A stretch of DNA of 64,000 bases from Polyangiales bacterium (GCA_045106895.1 JBGCFM010000010.1:1-64000); one strand, 5' to 3'. Numbered from the stretch's first letter, positions 26,345-36,760 are shown. Notes: a model not told the origin generated them from the sequence alone. Numbers and translations are program-made.

Positions 26345-27195
26345 GCTGGCCTCGCCCGGCACACGAAGACAGCGTCGTCGAGGGCGATCACCGGCTTCTT
26401 TCGATCACCACGGCAAAGATAGGGAACCCGGGAGAGCAGCACTGGCTCAAGGTTGCACGCCGGAAAGAAGATCTCCGCCAGCGAAGACATACAATCCACG
26501 AAGTTCCCTCGGCCGCGGGGCGTCGGCAGGACCTCTTCTGGGCTTACGGTAACGGGGCCCATGTGGACGTGGGGTTTGAGGGGCAGCGGAACGGTACAAA
26601 GCAGAACGCCGCCGGGGCGAAGCAAGGTCTGCAGACGCTCGACGAGACGGTACGGGCGGCTCGTTCGATCGATGACATTCAGCAGCGCAACGCAGTCGAA
26701 CCCTTCGGCTTCGGCGGAGCCCGGGAGGCGCTCTTCAGCGAGGTCTAGGGTGTGGCACTCGTATCCCCGGCCGCGAAGCCGTCGCGCCATGCCCGTCGAG
26801 AGCTCCGTTGTCGTGACTGCGGAGAAGAGCGGCGCAAGCTCGTCGGTCACCTGACCCTCGCCGGCGCCGACGTCGAGCAGCGTGCCGCCCTCTTTGATGC
26901 CCGCCGCTGTGAGGAGCCGTCGCGCCTGCTCCGTCCCGAGCACACGCATGTCATGAGCGCCGACGAGTCCGTTGGCGTCGTAGTCGCTCATGACGCTCCG
27001 CGCGATGGCGAGCGCCGCCATCGCTGCACGCCCGTGGGGGTGCGCTACGGCGTCGTCGATCCACGCCTTGGTCGACGCGTCCATGTCGAGGGGTCGCCAG
27101 AGCCGCCGGAGCGCTGTCGGGAAAGCCTCGACATCACATCCGTAACGCACCTTCGCGCCTTTGTAGGATTGGGCCCGCACCATCGACTTCCTCAT
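26341..27195 (-). CDS. METTL9/DREV-like SAM-dependent methyltransferase
   Basis: DANGLVG..DM.V, LLDVGAGEGQVT, TELS..M, LLNVIDR, LP..PHV, SRVPYLCRGD, LDDAVFV match the recalled METTL9 motif order. Confidence 0.85.
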   Translation of the reverse strand: MRKSMVRAQSYKGAKVRYGCDVEAFPTALRRLWRPLDMDASTKAWIDDAVAHPHGRAAMAALAIARSVMSDYDANGLVGAHDMRVLGTEQARRLLTAAGIKEGGTLLDVGAGEGQVTDELAPLFSAVTTTELSTGMARRLRGRGYECHTLDLAEERLPGSAEAEGFDCVALLNVIDRTSRPYRLVERLQTLLRPGGVLLCTVPLPLKPHVHMGPVTVSPEEVLPTPRGRGNFVDCMSSLAEIFFPACNLEPVLLSRVPYLCRGDRKKPVIALDDAVFVCRARPA

Positions 27196-28235
27196 CGTCC
27201 GGTGGAGAGTACTTCCATGCTGTCGACGGCGGCAAAAATAGGCATGTCGGCACCACCGACGGCGTAGAGCACCACGTCGAGAGCTGCCATCCCATGACCG
27301 TGGCGCGGCGAGCGCATCTGCGGGCCTTCGGTCCACCCGCCTTCGAGGTCATAGATGTCCACGCTGCGGAGCGCGCCCTCTCGTTGCTCGCCCCCGCTCA
27401 CGTAGGCGCGACCATCGAGCGCCACGGCTGCGTGTCCACCGCGTGGCCGAGGCATCGCGGGTCCGCTTCGCCACTCGTCGCGGGCGAGGTTGTAGATCTC
27501 AACGACGCTCAGCGTCGGCTCTAGCTGAAGCCGGCGGCCGCCCACGACCCAGAGCTCGCCGTTCAGGACAAAGCCCGCGGCGTGGTCGCGCGCGGTGGGT
27601 ATCTGCGCGGCTTGGCGCCACGTGTCGCTCGCAGGCTCGTAGATGTAGACGGCCCGAGCGTCTTCGAGCTCCTCGGCGGAGTTGCGTCCATCCCCTTGGC
27701 CCCCGACAAAAACGAGCACGCCGTCCATGTTCGCGGCGACGCCGGCGGCGCGCGCCGATGGCATGGGCGAGATCTCCGTCCATTCGCTGGCGCCATCTCG
27801 AAGCACGTAGCTGCGCGAGAGCGGAGTGAAGCGTGCGTCACGCATGCCTCCGAAAACATAGATGTCTTCACCCGAGACGACTACGCCCGCGTGATGCCGT
27901 GCGTCCGGGAGGGCAGGGAGAGCGCGAAAGCCATCGCCCGGGCGAAAGAAGTGCACCGAGGTCTCGATATTCCCATCCCCGTCGAACCCGCCGAGGACGA
28001 TGAAGCCATCGCGAAAGGCCGTGACGGAAATCTCCTGGAGCGCTTCGGGCAGAGACTCGCTGGGACACCAGCCCGGGCATTCTTGGCCAGCGTCTAGGTT
28101 GGCCGAGTCCCTTGAGGAGTCCAGCGTCGCCGTGTCGCGTATCGCCGCGTCGCGCGTCGCCGCGTCGCCGGCGTCGGGATTGGAGACCGATGAGCAGGCC
28201 AACGAGCACGTCATCCACGCGCAGAGCAAGCGCAT
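27192..28235 (-). CDS. Kelch-repeat lipoprotein
   Basis: Lipobox SLAC; repeats IYVFGG, LVFVGG, LWVVGG, YVSGG, YAVGG with W..xP.PR. Confidence 0.9.
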   Translation of the reverse strand: MRLLCAWMTCSLACSSVSNPDAGDAATRDAAIRDTATLDSSRDSANLDAGQECPGWCPSESLPEALQEISVTAFRDGFIVLGGFDGDGNIETSVHFFRPGDGFRALPALPDARHHAGVVVSGEDIYVFGGMRDARFTPLSRSYVLRDGASEWTEISPMPSARAAGVAANMDGVLVFVGGQGDGRNSAEELEDARAVYIYEPASDTWRQAAQIPTARDHAAGFVLNGELWVVGGRRLQLEPTLSVVEIYNLARDEWRSGPAMPRPRGGHAAVALDGRAYVSGGEQREGALRSVDIYDLEGGWTEGPQMRSPRHGHGMAALDVVLYAVGGADMPIFAAVDSMEVLSTGR

Positions 28236-28696
28236 CAGTTTTGTTTGCGGCTCGTCTTGCGACGGCGGCGTCCGCCCCAAAGCGAGTCCCAGCCTTTTCG
28301 GTAGCTGGAGTTGCTCACGCGACTCGGCCCGGCGCTTCGCTCGGGCTGAAGCGCGAGCTCGGTCTCGACGTCAAAGAGAGCAGGGTGCTCGTCGCGAGGT
28401 TTGAGCTTAACCACGTCGCCAAGGATGGGCTTTCCTTCTTCCAGCGGCCGTACCACTCCGATGGATAGTTCATCGCCCCGTTTGCGAACGACGTTCATGC
28501 CTTCGCCATCCGCCGTCGGCGAGTGCACAACGACGACATCGTCGATTCCCTTGGCCGTGTCCGAGCTGAGCTGAGCGCCCTCGGCCTTTTGCTGTGGTGG
28601 GGCGAGGGGCGCCCGTTCGACGGCGCTGGAGCCCGCAGAGCGCGTCGAGGACGAACCGGGACTTCTGCTTCTTCGGGGCTTTCGTGAGCTGCTCAC
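28235..28696 (-). CDS. Hypothetical protein, first gene of the METTL9-like operon
   Basis: GTG at 28696 preceded by TAGCTT + 5 nt; C-terminal GPSRVSNSSYRKGWDSLWG; stop overlaps Kelch ATG. Confidence 0.65.
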   Translation of the reverse strand: MSSSRKPRRSRSPGSSSTRSAGSSAVERAPLAPPQQKAEGAQLSSDTAKGIDDVVVVHSPTADGEGMNVVRKRGDELSIGVVRPLEEGKPILGDVVKLKPRDEHPALFDVETELALQPERSAGPSRVSNSSYRKGWDSLWGGRRRRKTSRKQN

Positions 28697-28782
28697 GCCG
28701 AAAGCTAGCACAAGAGGCCGCTCCAGCACGGGGCTCGCGCTTGGTGACGCCGCTGCGGAGTCTTTTGCGCTATGGTCGCTCC

Positions 28783-29631
28783 GTGCTCCTCTCCGCCGTT
28801 CCCGTCGATCCAACCGTAGAGGCTCGAGTCCGCGCGCTGGAGCTGCCTTTCAACGACTGGGGCATCGACCCCTACGGCATCGAACAAGCGGAACTCTCCC
28901 GCTTCTTTTCAGCGCTGAGTTTCTTTTACAACAAGTACTTCGACGTCACGGTTTGCGGAAAAGAGAACATCCCTGCGGCGGGTCCCGGCATGGTCGTCGG
29001 CAACCACTCCGGGGGCATCGCCATCGACGCGGGCATGGTCATCGCGTCGTGCTTCTTCGAGCTCTCGCCGCCTCGCCTCGCTCAAGGCATGGTCGATAAG
29101 TTCCTCGGCCGGATGCCCGGCGCCGCTCAAGTCGCGCCACGCGTCGGCCAGTTCCCAGGCATCCCGGAGCACGCCGAGCGTTTCTTGCAAGACGACCGTC
29201 TGCTCATGGTCTTTCCAGAGGGTCACCGCGGTACGGCGAAGCTCGCCAAAGACGCTCATTCGCTCGTTCGTTTCGGCACGGGCTTCGTCCGACTCGCGCT
29301 CAAGACAAAGGTGCCGATCATTCCCGTGGCGTTTCTCGGCGCGGGTGATGCGATGCCGACCATCGCGAACTTATCGGGCCTCGGGAAGCTCCTCGGCGTG
29401 CCCTACATTCCGCTCACCAAGTACCTCGTTCCTCTGCCACGTCCCGCCCGTTTCCATCTCATCTACGGCGAGCCCATCGTGTTCAACGGGAACGGCAACG
29501 AAGACGACGCGACCATCGCTCGCTACGTCGAGAAGGTCCGCAGCCGAATCGCGCATCTCATCTCAGAGGGGGAGCGCTTGCGTGCGGGCGAAATCAGTGA
29601 AGAGCAGCTCAAGCTCGGAGGAGAAGCATGA
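28783..29631 (+). CDS. Lysophospholipid acyltransferase (PlsC family)
   Basis: [28 protein letters not shown]. Confidence 0.9.
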   Translation: MLLSAVPVDPTVEARVRALELPFNDWGIDPYGIEQAELSRFFSALSFFYNKYFDVTVCGKENIPAAGPGMVVGNHSGGIAIDAGMVIASCFFELSPPRLAQGMVDKFLGRMPGAAQVAPRVGQFPGIPEHAERFLQDDRLLMVFPEGHRGTAKLAKDAHSLVRFGTGFVRLALKTKVPIIPVAFLGAGDAMPTIANLSGLGKLLGVPYIPLTKYLVPLPRPARFHLIYGEPIVFNGNGNEDDATIARYVEKVRSRIAHLISEGERLRAGEISEEQLKLGGEA

Positions 29632-30548
29632 AGGTCCTTGTTACAGGTATCGCAGGAAAGCTCGGTCGCCTCGTCGGGCGGCACCTTGCAGGTCTTGGTC
29701 ACGAGGTCCTTGGCGTGGATCGCCGCGCCTGGCCCGAAGCGCCGGAAGGCATTCGTATGTTCCAAGCGGACATTCGAAAACGCCCCGCCGAAGATGTCTT
29801 TCGCACAGAGCGTCCTGAAGTCGTCCTTCACATGGCAACGGTGACGCACCTGATTCAGCGCAGCGCCGACCGATTCCGCATCAACCTGCAGGGGACCCGC
29901 GCCGTCGTCGACTACTGCGATCGTTATGGCGTTCGCCAGCTCGTCTTCGCAGGTCGCCATACGTATTACGGCGCTCAGCCGGACTCGCCGCTCTACCACA
30001 CGGAAGAAGAGCCGCCGATGGGCATGCATTCCTTCCCGGAGCTTGCCGACCTCGTCGCCGCAGACCTTTTTGCCGGCTCCGCGCTCTGGCGTTTGCCTAA
30101 GCTCGAGACCGCCGTCCTTCGCATCGTCTACACCTTGGGCAGTGAAGCCCACGGCACCCTTGCGGCGTTCTTGCGCGGCCCGCGCGTTCCGACGGTCCTC
30201 GGTTTCGATCCGCTCTTTCAGTTCATGCACGAGAAAGACGTCGCCCACGCCATCAGTCACGCCATCGAGGCGCGACTTCGCGGCGTGTTCAACGTCGCCG
30301 GTCCACAGCCCGTTCCATTGAGCGTGCTTATTCGCGAGGCAGGGCGCTCCACGTTCCCAGTGCCAGAAGGCTTGATGAACTTGACGATGGGACGCTTCGG
30401 TCTGCCTAAGCTCCCAAAGGGCGCCATCGACCATCTCAAGTACGCCATCGTCGTTGACGCGAGCGCGTTCCAGACAGCGACGGGCTTCGTCCATCAGTTC
30501 AGCGAAGAGCGGACTCTCGCTGACTACGCCGCGGCGGTCCCTCGTTGA
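29628..30548 (+). CDS. NAD-dependent epimerase/dehydratase-like protein
   Basis: [11 protein letters not shown]ossmann motif; [22 protein letters not shown]. Confidence 0.9.
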   Translation: MKVLVTGIAGKLGRLVGRHLAGLGHEVLGVDRRAWPEAPEGIRMFQADIRKRPAEDVFRTERPEVVLHMATVTHLIQRSADRFRINLQGTRAVVDYCDRYGVRQLVFAGRHTYYGAQPDSPLYHTEEEPPMGMHSFPELADLVAADLFAGSALWRLPKLETAVLRIVYTLGSEAHGTLAAFLRGPRVPTVLGFDPLFQFMHEKDVAHAISHAIEARLRGVFNVAGPQPVPLSVLIREAGRSTFPVPEGLMNLTMGRFGLPKLPKGAIDHLKYAIVVDASAFQTATGFVHQFSEERTLADYAAAVPR

Positions 30549-31225
30549 TCTTGCGCTTTCACGCCGCCGCCCGCGAGCTCGCGGGCACCTCTGAAGCGAA
30601 GCTTGAGGTTGGCGCACAATCGCTAGACGAGCCCGCGCTGCGCCAGCGTATCGCCGAAGCCTACCCAGCCCTCGCACCTTATCTGCCGCGCATGCGCTTC
30701 GCCTGCAACGATGCCTTCTCTCAGGCCGACCAGGTCTACACGAGCGGAGACTCCGTCGACATCATGCCTCCCGTCGCCGGCGGGGCGCCGTCAAGTTCGC
30801 CCGCGAGCTGCGTGGTCCACTGCGAGATCCGCGATGGAGCGCTGAGTTCCGATGAGATGATCGCCGCCGTCGCCCATGATGCCGCTGGCGCGACGGCTTC
30901 GTTCCTCGGGGTGGTGCGCAACCACCACAAAGGCCAAGCCATCGAGCGTCTCGAGTACGAGGCGCATCCCACCCTCGCCGCCGTTGAGATGCGACGCGTC
31001 CTTGAAGTTCTCGCGTCGGAGTTCGAAGGCGTTCGCATCGCAGCCGTTCACCGCGTCGGGAGCCTCGGCGTCGGAGACGTCGCTGTTGTGGTCGCCGTTA
31101 GCTCTGCCCACCGGGGCGAAGCCTTCGACGTGTGCCGGGCCGCCATCGACGGAATCAAGGAGACGGTGCCGATCTGGAAGAAAGAGTGGGGCGTCGACAA
31201 GACCTCCACCTGGGTCAACCTCTAG
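30545..31225 (+). CDS. moaE: Molybdopterin synthase MoaD-MoaE fusion
   Basis: MoaD part ends PPVAGG; MoaE motifs F.GVVRNH, LEYEAH, HRVGSL, SSAHR, PIWKKE. Confidence 0.9.
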   Translation: MILRFHAAARELAGTSEAKLEVGAQSLDEPALRQRIAEAYPALAPYLPRMRFACNDAFSQADQVYTSGDSVDIMPPVAGGAPSSSPASCVVHCEIRDGALSSDEMIAAVAHDAAGATASFLGVVRNHHKGQAIERLEYEAHPTLAAVEMRRVLEVLASEFEGVRIAAVHRVGSLGVGDVAVVVAVSSAHRGEAFDVCRAAIDGIKETVPIWKKEWGVDKTSTWVNL

Positions 31226-31632
31226 TCGTTGAGCGAATGTGTCTCGACGTCTGCGCCGATGGGCGCCTCGAGGAGCGTCTCTTCGTCTCGGACAACCACC
31301 ACCGCGTCACCCACGCGCCGCGCGGAGTAGAGCGTCTCTTCGCCCTCCCACCAGCAGCGAACGGCGGCGAGGAGTCCACGAGGCGGCTCAGCCTCCGGCG
31401 TGCAGATGCCAATGATCTCGCCGACGGACGCGATCTCTCGCTGCGCGTGATCGTGGACGAGGACCAAGTCCAAGGAGGAGCGCGGCGGCGGAGTCTCGCC
31501 GCTTAGGTCGTTGAGTCGCAATGAGACCACGGTGCGCGGTGGTGGCGCGTCCTCGTCACGGGGGGACTCGACGGCCGGCGTCTGGCCGGCGCAGGCAACG
31601 AGTAGCGTCACAGACAGGGCCCTCCGAATCAT
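31222..31632 (-). CDS. Hypothetical lipoprotein
   Basis: MIRRALSVTLLVAC; C..CWW. Confidence 0.65.
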   Translation of the reverse strand: MIRRALSVTLLVACAGQTPAVESPRDEDAPPPRTVVSLRLNDLSGETPPPRSSLDLVLVHDHAQREIASVGEIIGICTPEAEPPRGLLAAVRCWWEGEETLYSARRVGDAVVVVRDEETLLEAPIGADVETHSLND

Positions 31633-32963
31633 CCCTCACCCCAGCCGAAGGCCTTGAGCTTCCGCTGAAGTGTTCGCCGATCGATGCCGAGCTGAACGGC
31701 GGCTTGGGTGATGTTGCCGTCCAGCGAAGCGAGGACGCGTTCGATGTGGGCGCGCTCGACATCCGCGAGACTCTGGTCGCTTGGTGGCGCAGGAGGCGCG
31801 GCCTCACGCGCTTCGCGGTGTCCAAAGACGCTCGCCGCGATCATCCGCCGAATCATCGACGCCTCCATCTCTTTTCCTTCGGCAAAAAGTGCCGCGCGCC
31901 GCAAGACATTGAGGAGCTCCCGAACGTTGCCCGGCCAGTCATATTCCTGAAGAGCGTCTCGCGCCGAATCGCTGAGGGAGATGTCGAGGCTAATGCGCGT
32001 GAGGAGGTTTTCTGCCAGCGGGACGATGTCCTCGCGTCTCTCTCGCAGCGGCTGAAGAACGAGCGGAAACACCTGGAGCCGAAAGTAGAGGTCTTCGCGA
32101 AAACGTCCGTCTTGAACGTCTTGCCAGAGGTCCCGGTTGGTCGCCGCGACGATACGCGCGTCGACATCGTGTTCCTTGGACTGCCCGACGCCGCGCACCT
32201 TCCGTGTCTCGAGCACTCGAAGCAGTTTGGCCTGAAGATCGATGGGCAGCTCGCCGAGCTCATCCACGAAGAGCGTGCCGCCCTGCGCATCACGAAAGAG
32301 TCCAGGGCGATCGCTCGTCGCGCCGGTGAAGGACCCGCGCTTGTGACCGAAGAGTTCGCTCTCGAAGAGGTCGCGGGGGACGCACGCGGCGTTCAGCGCG
32401 ACGAACGCCCCCGGACGACCACTCGCACGGTGAAGATGTTGCGCAACGACCTCTTTGCCTGTTCCTGTTTCGCCGAAGAGCGTCACAGTCTCCGGCGTAG
32501 GGCCAACGGTCTCAACGAAACGTCGAACGTCCGAGCTCGCCTTAGACGTTCCGATCAAGGGCGGAATAGAAGCACCCTGCGCTTCGCCACGATGATGCTG
32601 CGTGTGTGCCACGGCGCTCTTCAAAATCGGCGCGAGCTCCTCGGCGTCGACGGGCTTCTCAAGAAAACTAAAAGCCCCGAGACGCATCGCCTCCACGGCT
32701 GCCTGGACGCTGCCATGACCGGTGAGGACGACGGCGGCGACGGGGCTGTTGCCGCGGCGCTTCAGCACGCCGAGCCCGCTCATGCCCTTCATCCGAAGGT
32801 CCAGCAGCATCGCGGAATAAGACTCGCCGGACGAGAGCTTGGTCAGCGCCTCTTCGCCGCTCGCCGCGTCGGCGACCTCGTAGCCCATACGGCGAAGCGC
32901 CTTCCCCATCGCGAAGCGAAAGCCGTCGTCGTCGTCTACTAAGAGAATGCGCCCTTCGCTCAT
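31629..32963 (-). CDS. Sigma54-dependent response regulator (NtrC family)
   Basis: REC (VDDD, LLD, KP), [25 protein letters not shown], Fis HTH. Confidence 0.95.
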   Translation of the reverse strand: MSEGRILLVDDDDGFRFAMGKALRRMGYEVADAASGEEALTKLSSGESYSAMLLDLRMKGMSGLGVLKRRGNSPVAAVVLTGHGSVQAAVEAMRLGAFSFLEKPVDAEELAPILKSAVAHTQHHRGEAQGASIPPLIGTSKASSDVRRFVETVGPTPETVTLFGETGTGKEVVAQHLHRASGRPGAFVALNAACVPRDLFESELFGHKRGSFTGATSDRPGLFRDAQGGTLFVDELGELPIDLQAKLLRVLETRKVRGVGQSKEHDVDARIVAATNRDLWQDVQDGRFREDLYFRLQVFPLVLQPLRERREDIVPLAENLLTRISLDISLSDSARDALQEYDWPGNVRELLNVLRRAALFAEGKEMEASMIRRMIAASVFGHREAREAAPPAPPSDQSLADVERAHIERVLASLDGNITQAAVQLGIDRRTLQRKLKAFGWGEG

Positions 32964-32972
32964 GGTACCTGG

Positions 32973-34604
32973 CTACCGCCTTAGTTGAACGCGAGCAAGC
33001 GCGCCCCCGTGCTCGCGGTTTTCAAGGGAGAGCGTCCCCCCCATCTGGTGCACGATCATGTACGACATGTAGAGGCCAAGACCCGTGCCCTCGCCGGGGG
33101 GCTTCGTCGTCGCGAAGGGCTCAAAGAGGCGCTCGACCATCGACTCGTCGAGGCCCTCGCCTTCATCCGTGACCTGGATCTCGACGCCTTCATCCGACCC
33201 CATCGCAGATACCCGAACGATTCCGCCGCTTTCTCTGGAGGCATCCAAAGCGTTCTGCAGGAGGTTCACAAGCACCTGGACAAGGCGGTCGCCATCCGCC
33301 ACCGCGTGAATCTGCACGCTCTCATCGATCTCGACGCGCCCATCGGGCCCACGTCCCGCCGTCACGATGGCGCGCGCTCGTTCCGCCGCGGCGAGGAGAG
33401 GAATGCTGTCGTGCGTCTCCGCACGCACCAGGTCGCCACCAGCAAGCAGCGCTTGAGTGATCTTGCCAAGGCGCCGCGTCTCGTCGCGAATGAGCGCCGC
33501 CGACTCGTCAAGGTCCTGGGTCTCGCTCGCGTGCTCCGGCGTCGCCGTTCGAAGTTCTTCGATGACGTGGCGCATGTCCGTAGCCAGCGTACTGATGGTG
33601 GCGAGGGGCGTGTTCAGTTCGTGGGCGACGCCCTGAGCGACGCGTCCCAGACTGGCGAGCCGCTCGGCGAGGAGAAGCTGTGCTTCAGCGAAGGTCTCTT
33701 GTGTTCGGTCGAGATAGAGATTCATGACGCGCGGCGCGTGGTCATCTTCGTCGATGGGGAATGTCAGCGCCTCGTAGACCCGCTCGTCATTGGACACTCG
33801 AACGGCAAAGCGATGTGTTCCACTTGCGCGTGGGCTGAGGGATGAACTCTGCGATTCAGGGGTGTGATTCTCACGCTCGGCGATGAGCTCAGCGCGACGA
33901 TTGCGCCACAGCACCTGGCCGTCTCCGTCGACCACCTCGAGTCCTGCCTCGAGCTCGTCGAGGGTATTGCTCAGCAGTCGGTACTCGAGAGCTGCTGCGT
34001 CCCGTGCGGCTTCCAGCTCATGTTCGCGCTCGCGAATGTCGCGCATGGCGTGGCCCACGAGGTACGCGGCGCCGGCGAGGGTCAGGCCAAACGCGAGTAG
34101 ACGAGAGATAACGCCAACGGGTTCGACGGGGTCCCACTGTCCAAGCTGAAGCGCCGGCATCCACTTCGTCAGCGCCAGCCACCCTGCGAAGAGCGCCGTG
34201 ATGCCAACGGCGATGACAACGCGCCGTCGGTCGCTGAGGATCGCGACGAGGACGACGTGAAAGAGGTAGAACGCGCTGAAGGGTGAATCGAGTCCGCCAG
34301 ACGCCCAAAGAAAGAACGTCAAAAGGGTGATGTCGGCCAACGCCTGGATGAACGGCGCCGTCAGCCCGCGTACAGGTTTTCGTTTTCGGTGGTTATGCCA
34401 AAGAAACGCGTTGTAGCAGAGCCCGCTCAGGCTCGTGGCGACGACCATCTCAGCGTTGACTCCGGGAACCACCTGAGTCGCGAGAAACGCCGCGACAAGC
34501 GCCGCAACCATCGCCTGCCACCGAAGCGCGATGAGCCACGCGACGCGTTCACGGCGAAAATCGCGGGTCCTTTTTCCCAGGGTTAGCGTGCCTCTTGGCG
34601 TCAC
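32973..34604 (-). CDS. Membrane sensor histidine kinase
   Basis: N-terminal TMs; AHELNTPL, NLLQNA, DEGEG, F.PF.TTK, GTGLGL. Confidence 0.95.
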   Translation of the reverse strand: MTPRGTLTLGKRTRDFRRERVAWLIALRWQAMVAALVAAFLATQVVPGVNAEMVVATSLSGLCYNAFLWHNHRKRKPVRGLTAPFIQALADITLLTFFLWASGGLDSPFSAFYLFHVVLVAILSDRRRVVIAVGITALFAGWLALTKWMPALQLGQWDPVEPVGVISRLLAFGLTLAGAAYLVGHAMRDIREREHELEAARDAAALEYRLLSNTLDELEAGLEVVDGDGQVLWRNRRAELIAERENHTPESQSSSLSPRASGTHRFAVRVSNDERVYEALTFPIDEDDHAPRVMNLYLDRTQETFAEAQLLLAERLASLGRVAQGVAHELNTPLATISTLATDMRHVIEELRTATPEHASETQDLDESAALIRDETRRLGKITQALLAGGDLVRAETHDSIPLLAAAERARAIVTAGRGPDGRVEIDESVQIHAVADGDRLVQVLVNLLQNALDASRESGGIVRVSAMGSDEGVEIQVTDEGEGLDESMVERLFEPFATTKPPGEGTGLGLYMSYMIVHQMGGTLSLENREHGGALARVQLRR

Positions 34605-34688
34605 TCGGGCAGTCTGGGGTCCATTCTCGCTCAGGTCGAGTGTCTGCGCGTAACTCGCCTCGATACGCCGGCCGGCTATAGTAGCGCC

Positions 34689-35006
34689 ATGCGAGTCTTT
34701 CTTAGCGTTTGGATACTATTGGTCGCAGCGTGCCCGAGTGGCGAGACCCTCAGCGACGAGGCCCTCAATTCGCGTGTTGAGGAGCTCAGCGAGAGCCTGT
34801 CGGAGTGCGCGGGGAGCGATGTCGCTCAGCTCGAGGTGGAAGTGCATATCGCGGCAAACGGCGAGGTCGAAGAAGCTCGAGCCACGGGCTCGGCGCGCGC
34901 CGCCGCTTGCGTCGAGCGGATCATTCAGACTTGGACCTTTCCTTCAGCCGAGTCCGGCGTTGAAGCGCTCCTGCCCCTCACGATTACGCCTCCCGAAGAG
35001 GACTAG
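34689..35006 (+). CDS. Small lipoprotein with TonB-C/AgmX-PglI-like domain
   Basis: LVAAC; C...I.ANG.V...CV..I..WTFP. Confidence 0.7.
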   Translation: MRVFLSVWILLVAACPSGETLSDEALNSRVEELSESLSECAGSDVAQLEVEVHIAANGEVEEARATGSARAAACVERIIQTWTFPSAESGVEALLPLTITPPEED

Positions 35007-35023
35007 TCAGCAGTCGGCAGGAT

Positions 35024-35584
35024 CTAGGCGCTGCGCTGCGCTGGGTCGGGCGGCGCCGAGTCCTGGGCGAGTCGCCAAAGCAAATACAAGAGCACTGCGG
35101 CGTGAAGCACGTCACCAAAGAGCAAGCTGTTGGCGATGGCGCTCGGGCCCTGCGTCCATTCTTCGCTCGTCTCTATCGAACGTATGACTTCACGGATCTG
35201 CGGCGCCGAATCTCGTATGTGGAAGTAATTGCTCGCTGCGTGCAGTCCCGTCCACACGAGGTTCGCAGCGATGGAGTTCCGAACCCACCAGACCGCGCTC
35301 TTGCGACCTCGGAGCAGCAACCCGCAGCCGATCATCAACATCAGCGAAACAACGAAGCCGCCGATGGCCAAGCCTCGACGGTGGGGGTTGTTCCACGCGA
35401 TGTGTTTGATGGCTTGTTGGCCCTCCGCCACCTCCGAGGACAGAGAGCTGTCGGCGGCGACGTAGGGAAGGTCGTTGTACTGACCGACGGCGTTGCAAGC
35501 TCCGCACGAACCAAGGGACCCCGCGAAGATCGCCAAGAAAAGCAGTGAACGCTGCGCGTGTCCTTCTGGCCGCTCGGCTGTCAT
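35024..35584 (-). CDS. Hypothetical membrane protein
   Basis: ~4 hydrophobic segments; start MTAERP. Confidence 0.65.
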   Translation of the reverse strand: MTAERPEGHAQRSLLFLAIFAGSLGSCGACNAVGQYNDLPYVAADSSLSSEVAEGQQAIKHIAWNNPHRRGLAIGGFVVSLMLMIGCGLLLRGRKSAVWWVRNSIAANLVWTGLHAASNYFHIRDSAPQIREVIRSIETSEEWTQGPSAIANSLLFGDVLHAAVLLYLLWRLAQDSAPPDPAQRSA

Positions 35585-35598
35585 GGAGGGAGTGTGCT

Positions 35599-36330
35599 CT
35601 AGAAACCCACGCGGCGCATCACGGCGCGTGGCAAGCGGCGGATCACCGCCATGATCGCTCCCCACGGAGCGGGGGCGTACACGACCGGTGTGCCGCGTTC
35701 GATCGCGCTTAGCACTCGGCGTGCGACATCTTCGGGCTCGCCGGCGAAAGGAGGCGCGTCCAGGCCTTCCGTCATCTCCGTGCGGACGAAACCAGGTTTG
35801 ACGGTGACGACTCGAAGCCCGGCGTGCCGGTACTTGTGGTCGAGGCCTTCGAGATAGCTGGACAGACCCGCCTTGCTCGCGCCGTAGATAATGACGGGCT
35901 TACGGCCACGTTCACCGGCGACGCTGCTGAACACGCAGAGCGTTCCGTTTTCGCGAATATGGCCTCGCGCGGCCTCACAGAACACCACAGTGTTGGTGAA
36001 GTTGATGCGGGTGAGGCGCTCCGCGAGGGAGGCGTCCGCTTCGAGCTCCTCTTGCGTGGCAAAGAGTCCCGCCGTCACCACGACGGTATCGATGTGGGCG
36101 AGCTCCGCCTTCGCCGCGTCCATCGCCGAAGCGAAAGTGGAGGTATCCTCAAGGTCGCAGTGTGCGTGGGCCACGCCGCCGATGGCGCCACGGACTTCTA
36201 AGTCTTGTGCGCAGCGCTTCAGCTTCTCCGGCGAACGACCGAGAAGGAAGAGTCGGTCTCCGCGCGCCGCCATCTGCCGGGCTAACGCTTCGCCCATGCC
36301 GCTGGTCGAGCCTAGAATGACGACGTTCAT
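35599..36330 (-). CDS. Short-chain dehydrogenase/reductase
   Basis: GSTSGMG, SSVAG, YGASK, KPGFV. Confidence 0.92.
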   Translation of the reverse strand: MNVVILGSTSGMGEALARQMAARGDRLFLLGRSPEKLKRCAQDLEVRGAIGGVAHAHCDLEDTSTFASAMDAAKAELAHIDTVVVTAGLFATQEELEADASLAERLTRINFTNTVVFCEAARGHIRENGTLCVFSSVAGERGRKPVIIYGASKAGLSSYLEGLDHKYRHAGLRVVTVKPGFVRTEMTEGLDAPPFAGEPEDVARRVLSAIERGTPVVYAPAPWGAIMAVIRRLPRAVMRRVGF

Positions 36331-36332
36331 GA

Positions 36333-36659
36333 CTACCGCACGAGGAGTTCGAAGAGCGCAAAGTTCTCGGCTTCGTCGGCGTCGATCTTTCCGTCGGACA
36401 CGATCATCGCTCGCGCTGTCTCAAGAAAAAGCTCGCGGTGAGGCACAGGAATCTCTGCAGGATCGAGTTCATCGGCTGTTGGGGGAAGCTTCAGCCACTC
36501 GTCGACCTGGGCTTTCTCAGCGTCGTCGAGTTCGAGCTGTGTGACCAAACGACCAATAAATGCCCGTTCTTCGTCCTGAATCTCGAGGTCTGCCCATGCG
36601 AAGGAACACACAAACTTCATGAGGCGGAGCCGGTCTTCCCGGTCGAGGGTCTGAATCAT
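36333..36659 (-). CDS. TerB-like protein
   Basis: AWADLEIQDEE and SDGKIDADE acidic TerB motifs. Confidence 0.8.
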   Translation of the reverse strand: MIQTLDREDRLRLMKFVCSFAWADLEIQDEERAFIGRLVTQLELDDAEKAQVDEWLKLPPTADELDPAEIPVPHRELFLETARAMIVSDGKIDADEAENFALFELLVR

Positions 36660-36747
36660 AAGCGGACGATATCTGAGTCCGCGACCCATAGCGAGTGTTG
36701 TCTTGAGCCCACAAAGCGTGGGGCACCACCTACGCTTTGGGTGCTCT

Positions 36748-36760
36748 AAGTGCCTGATAT
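36748..36760 (-). promoter_or_regulatory. Putative IHF site
   Basis: Minus strand TATCAGGCACTTA matches WATCARNNNNTTR, in a divergent intergenic region. Confidence 0.4.

Noticed and set aside
36333..36659. Tellurite-resistance (ter) operon
   Set aside because: Single TerB-like gene without terA/C/D/Z.
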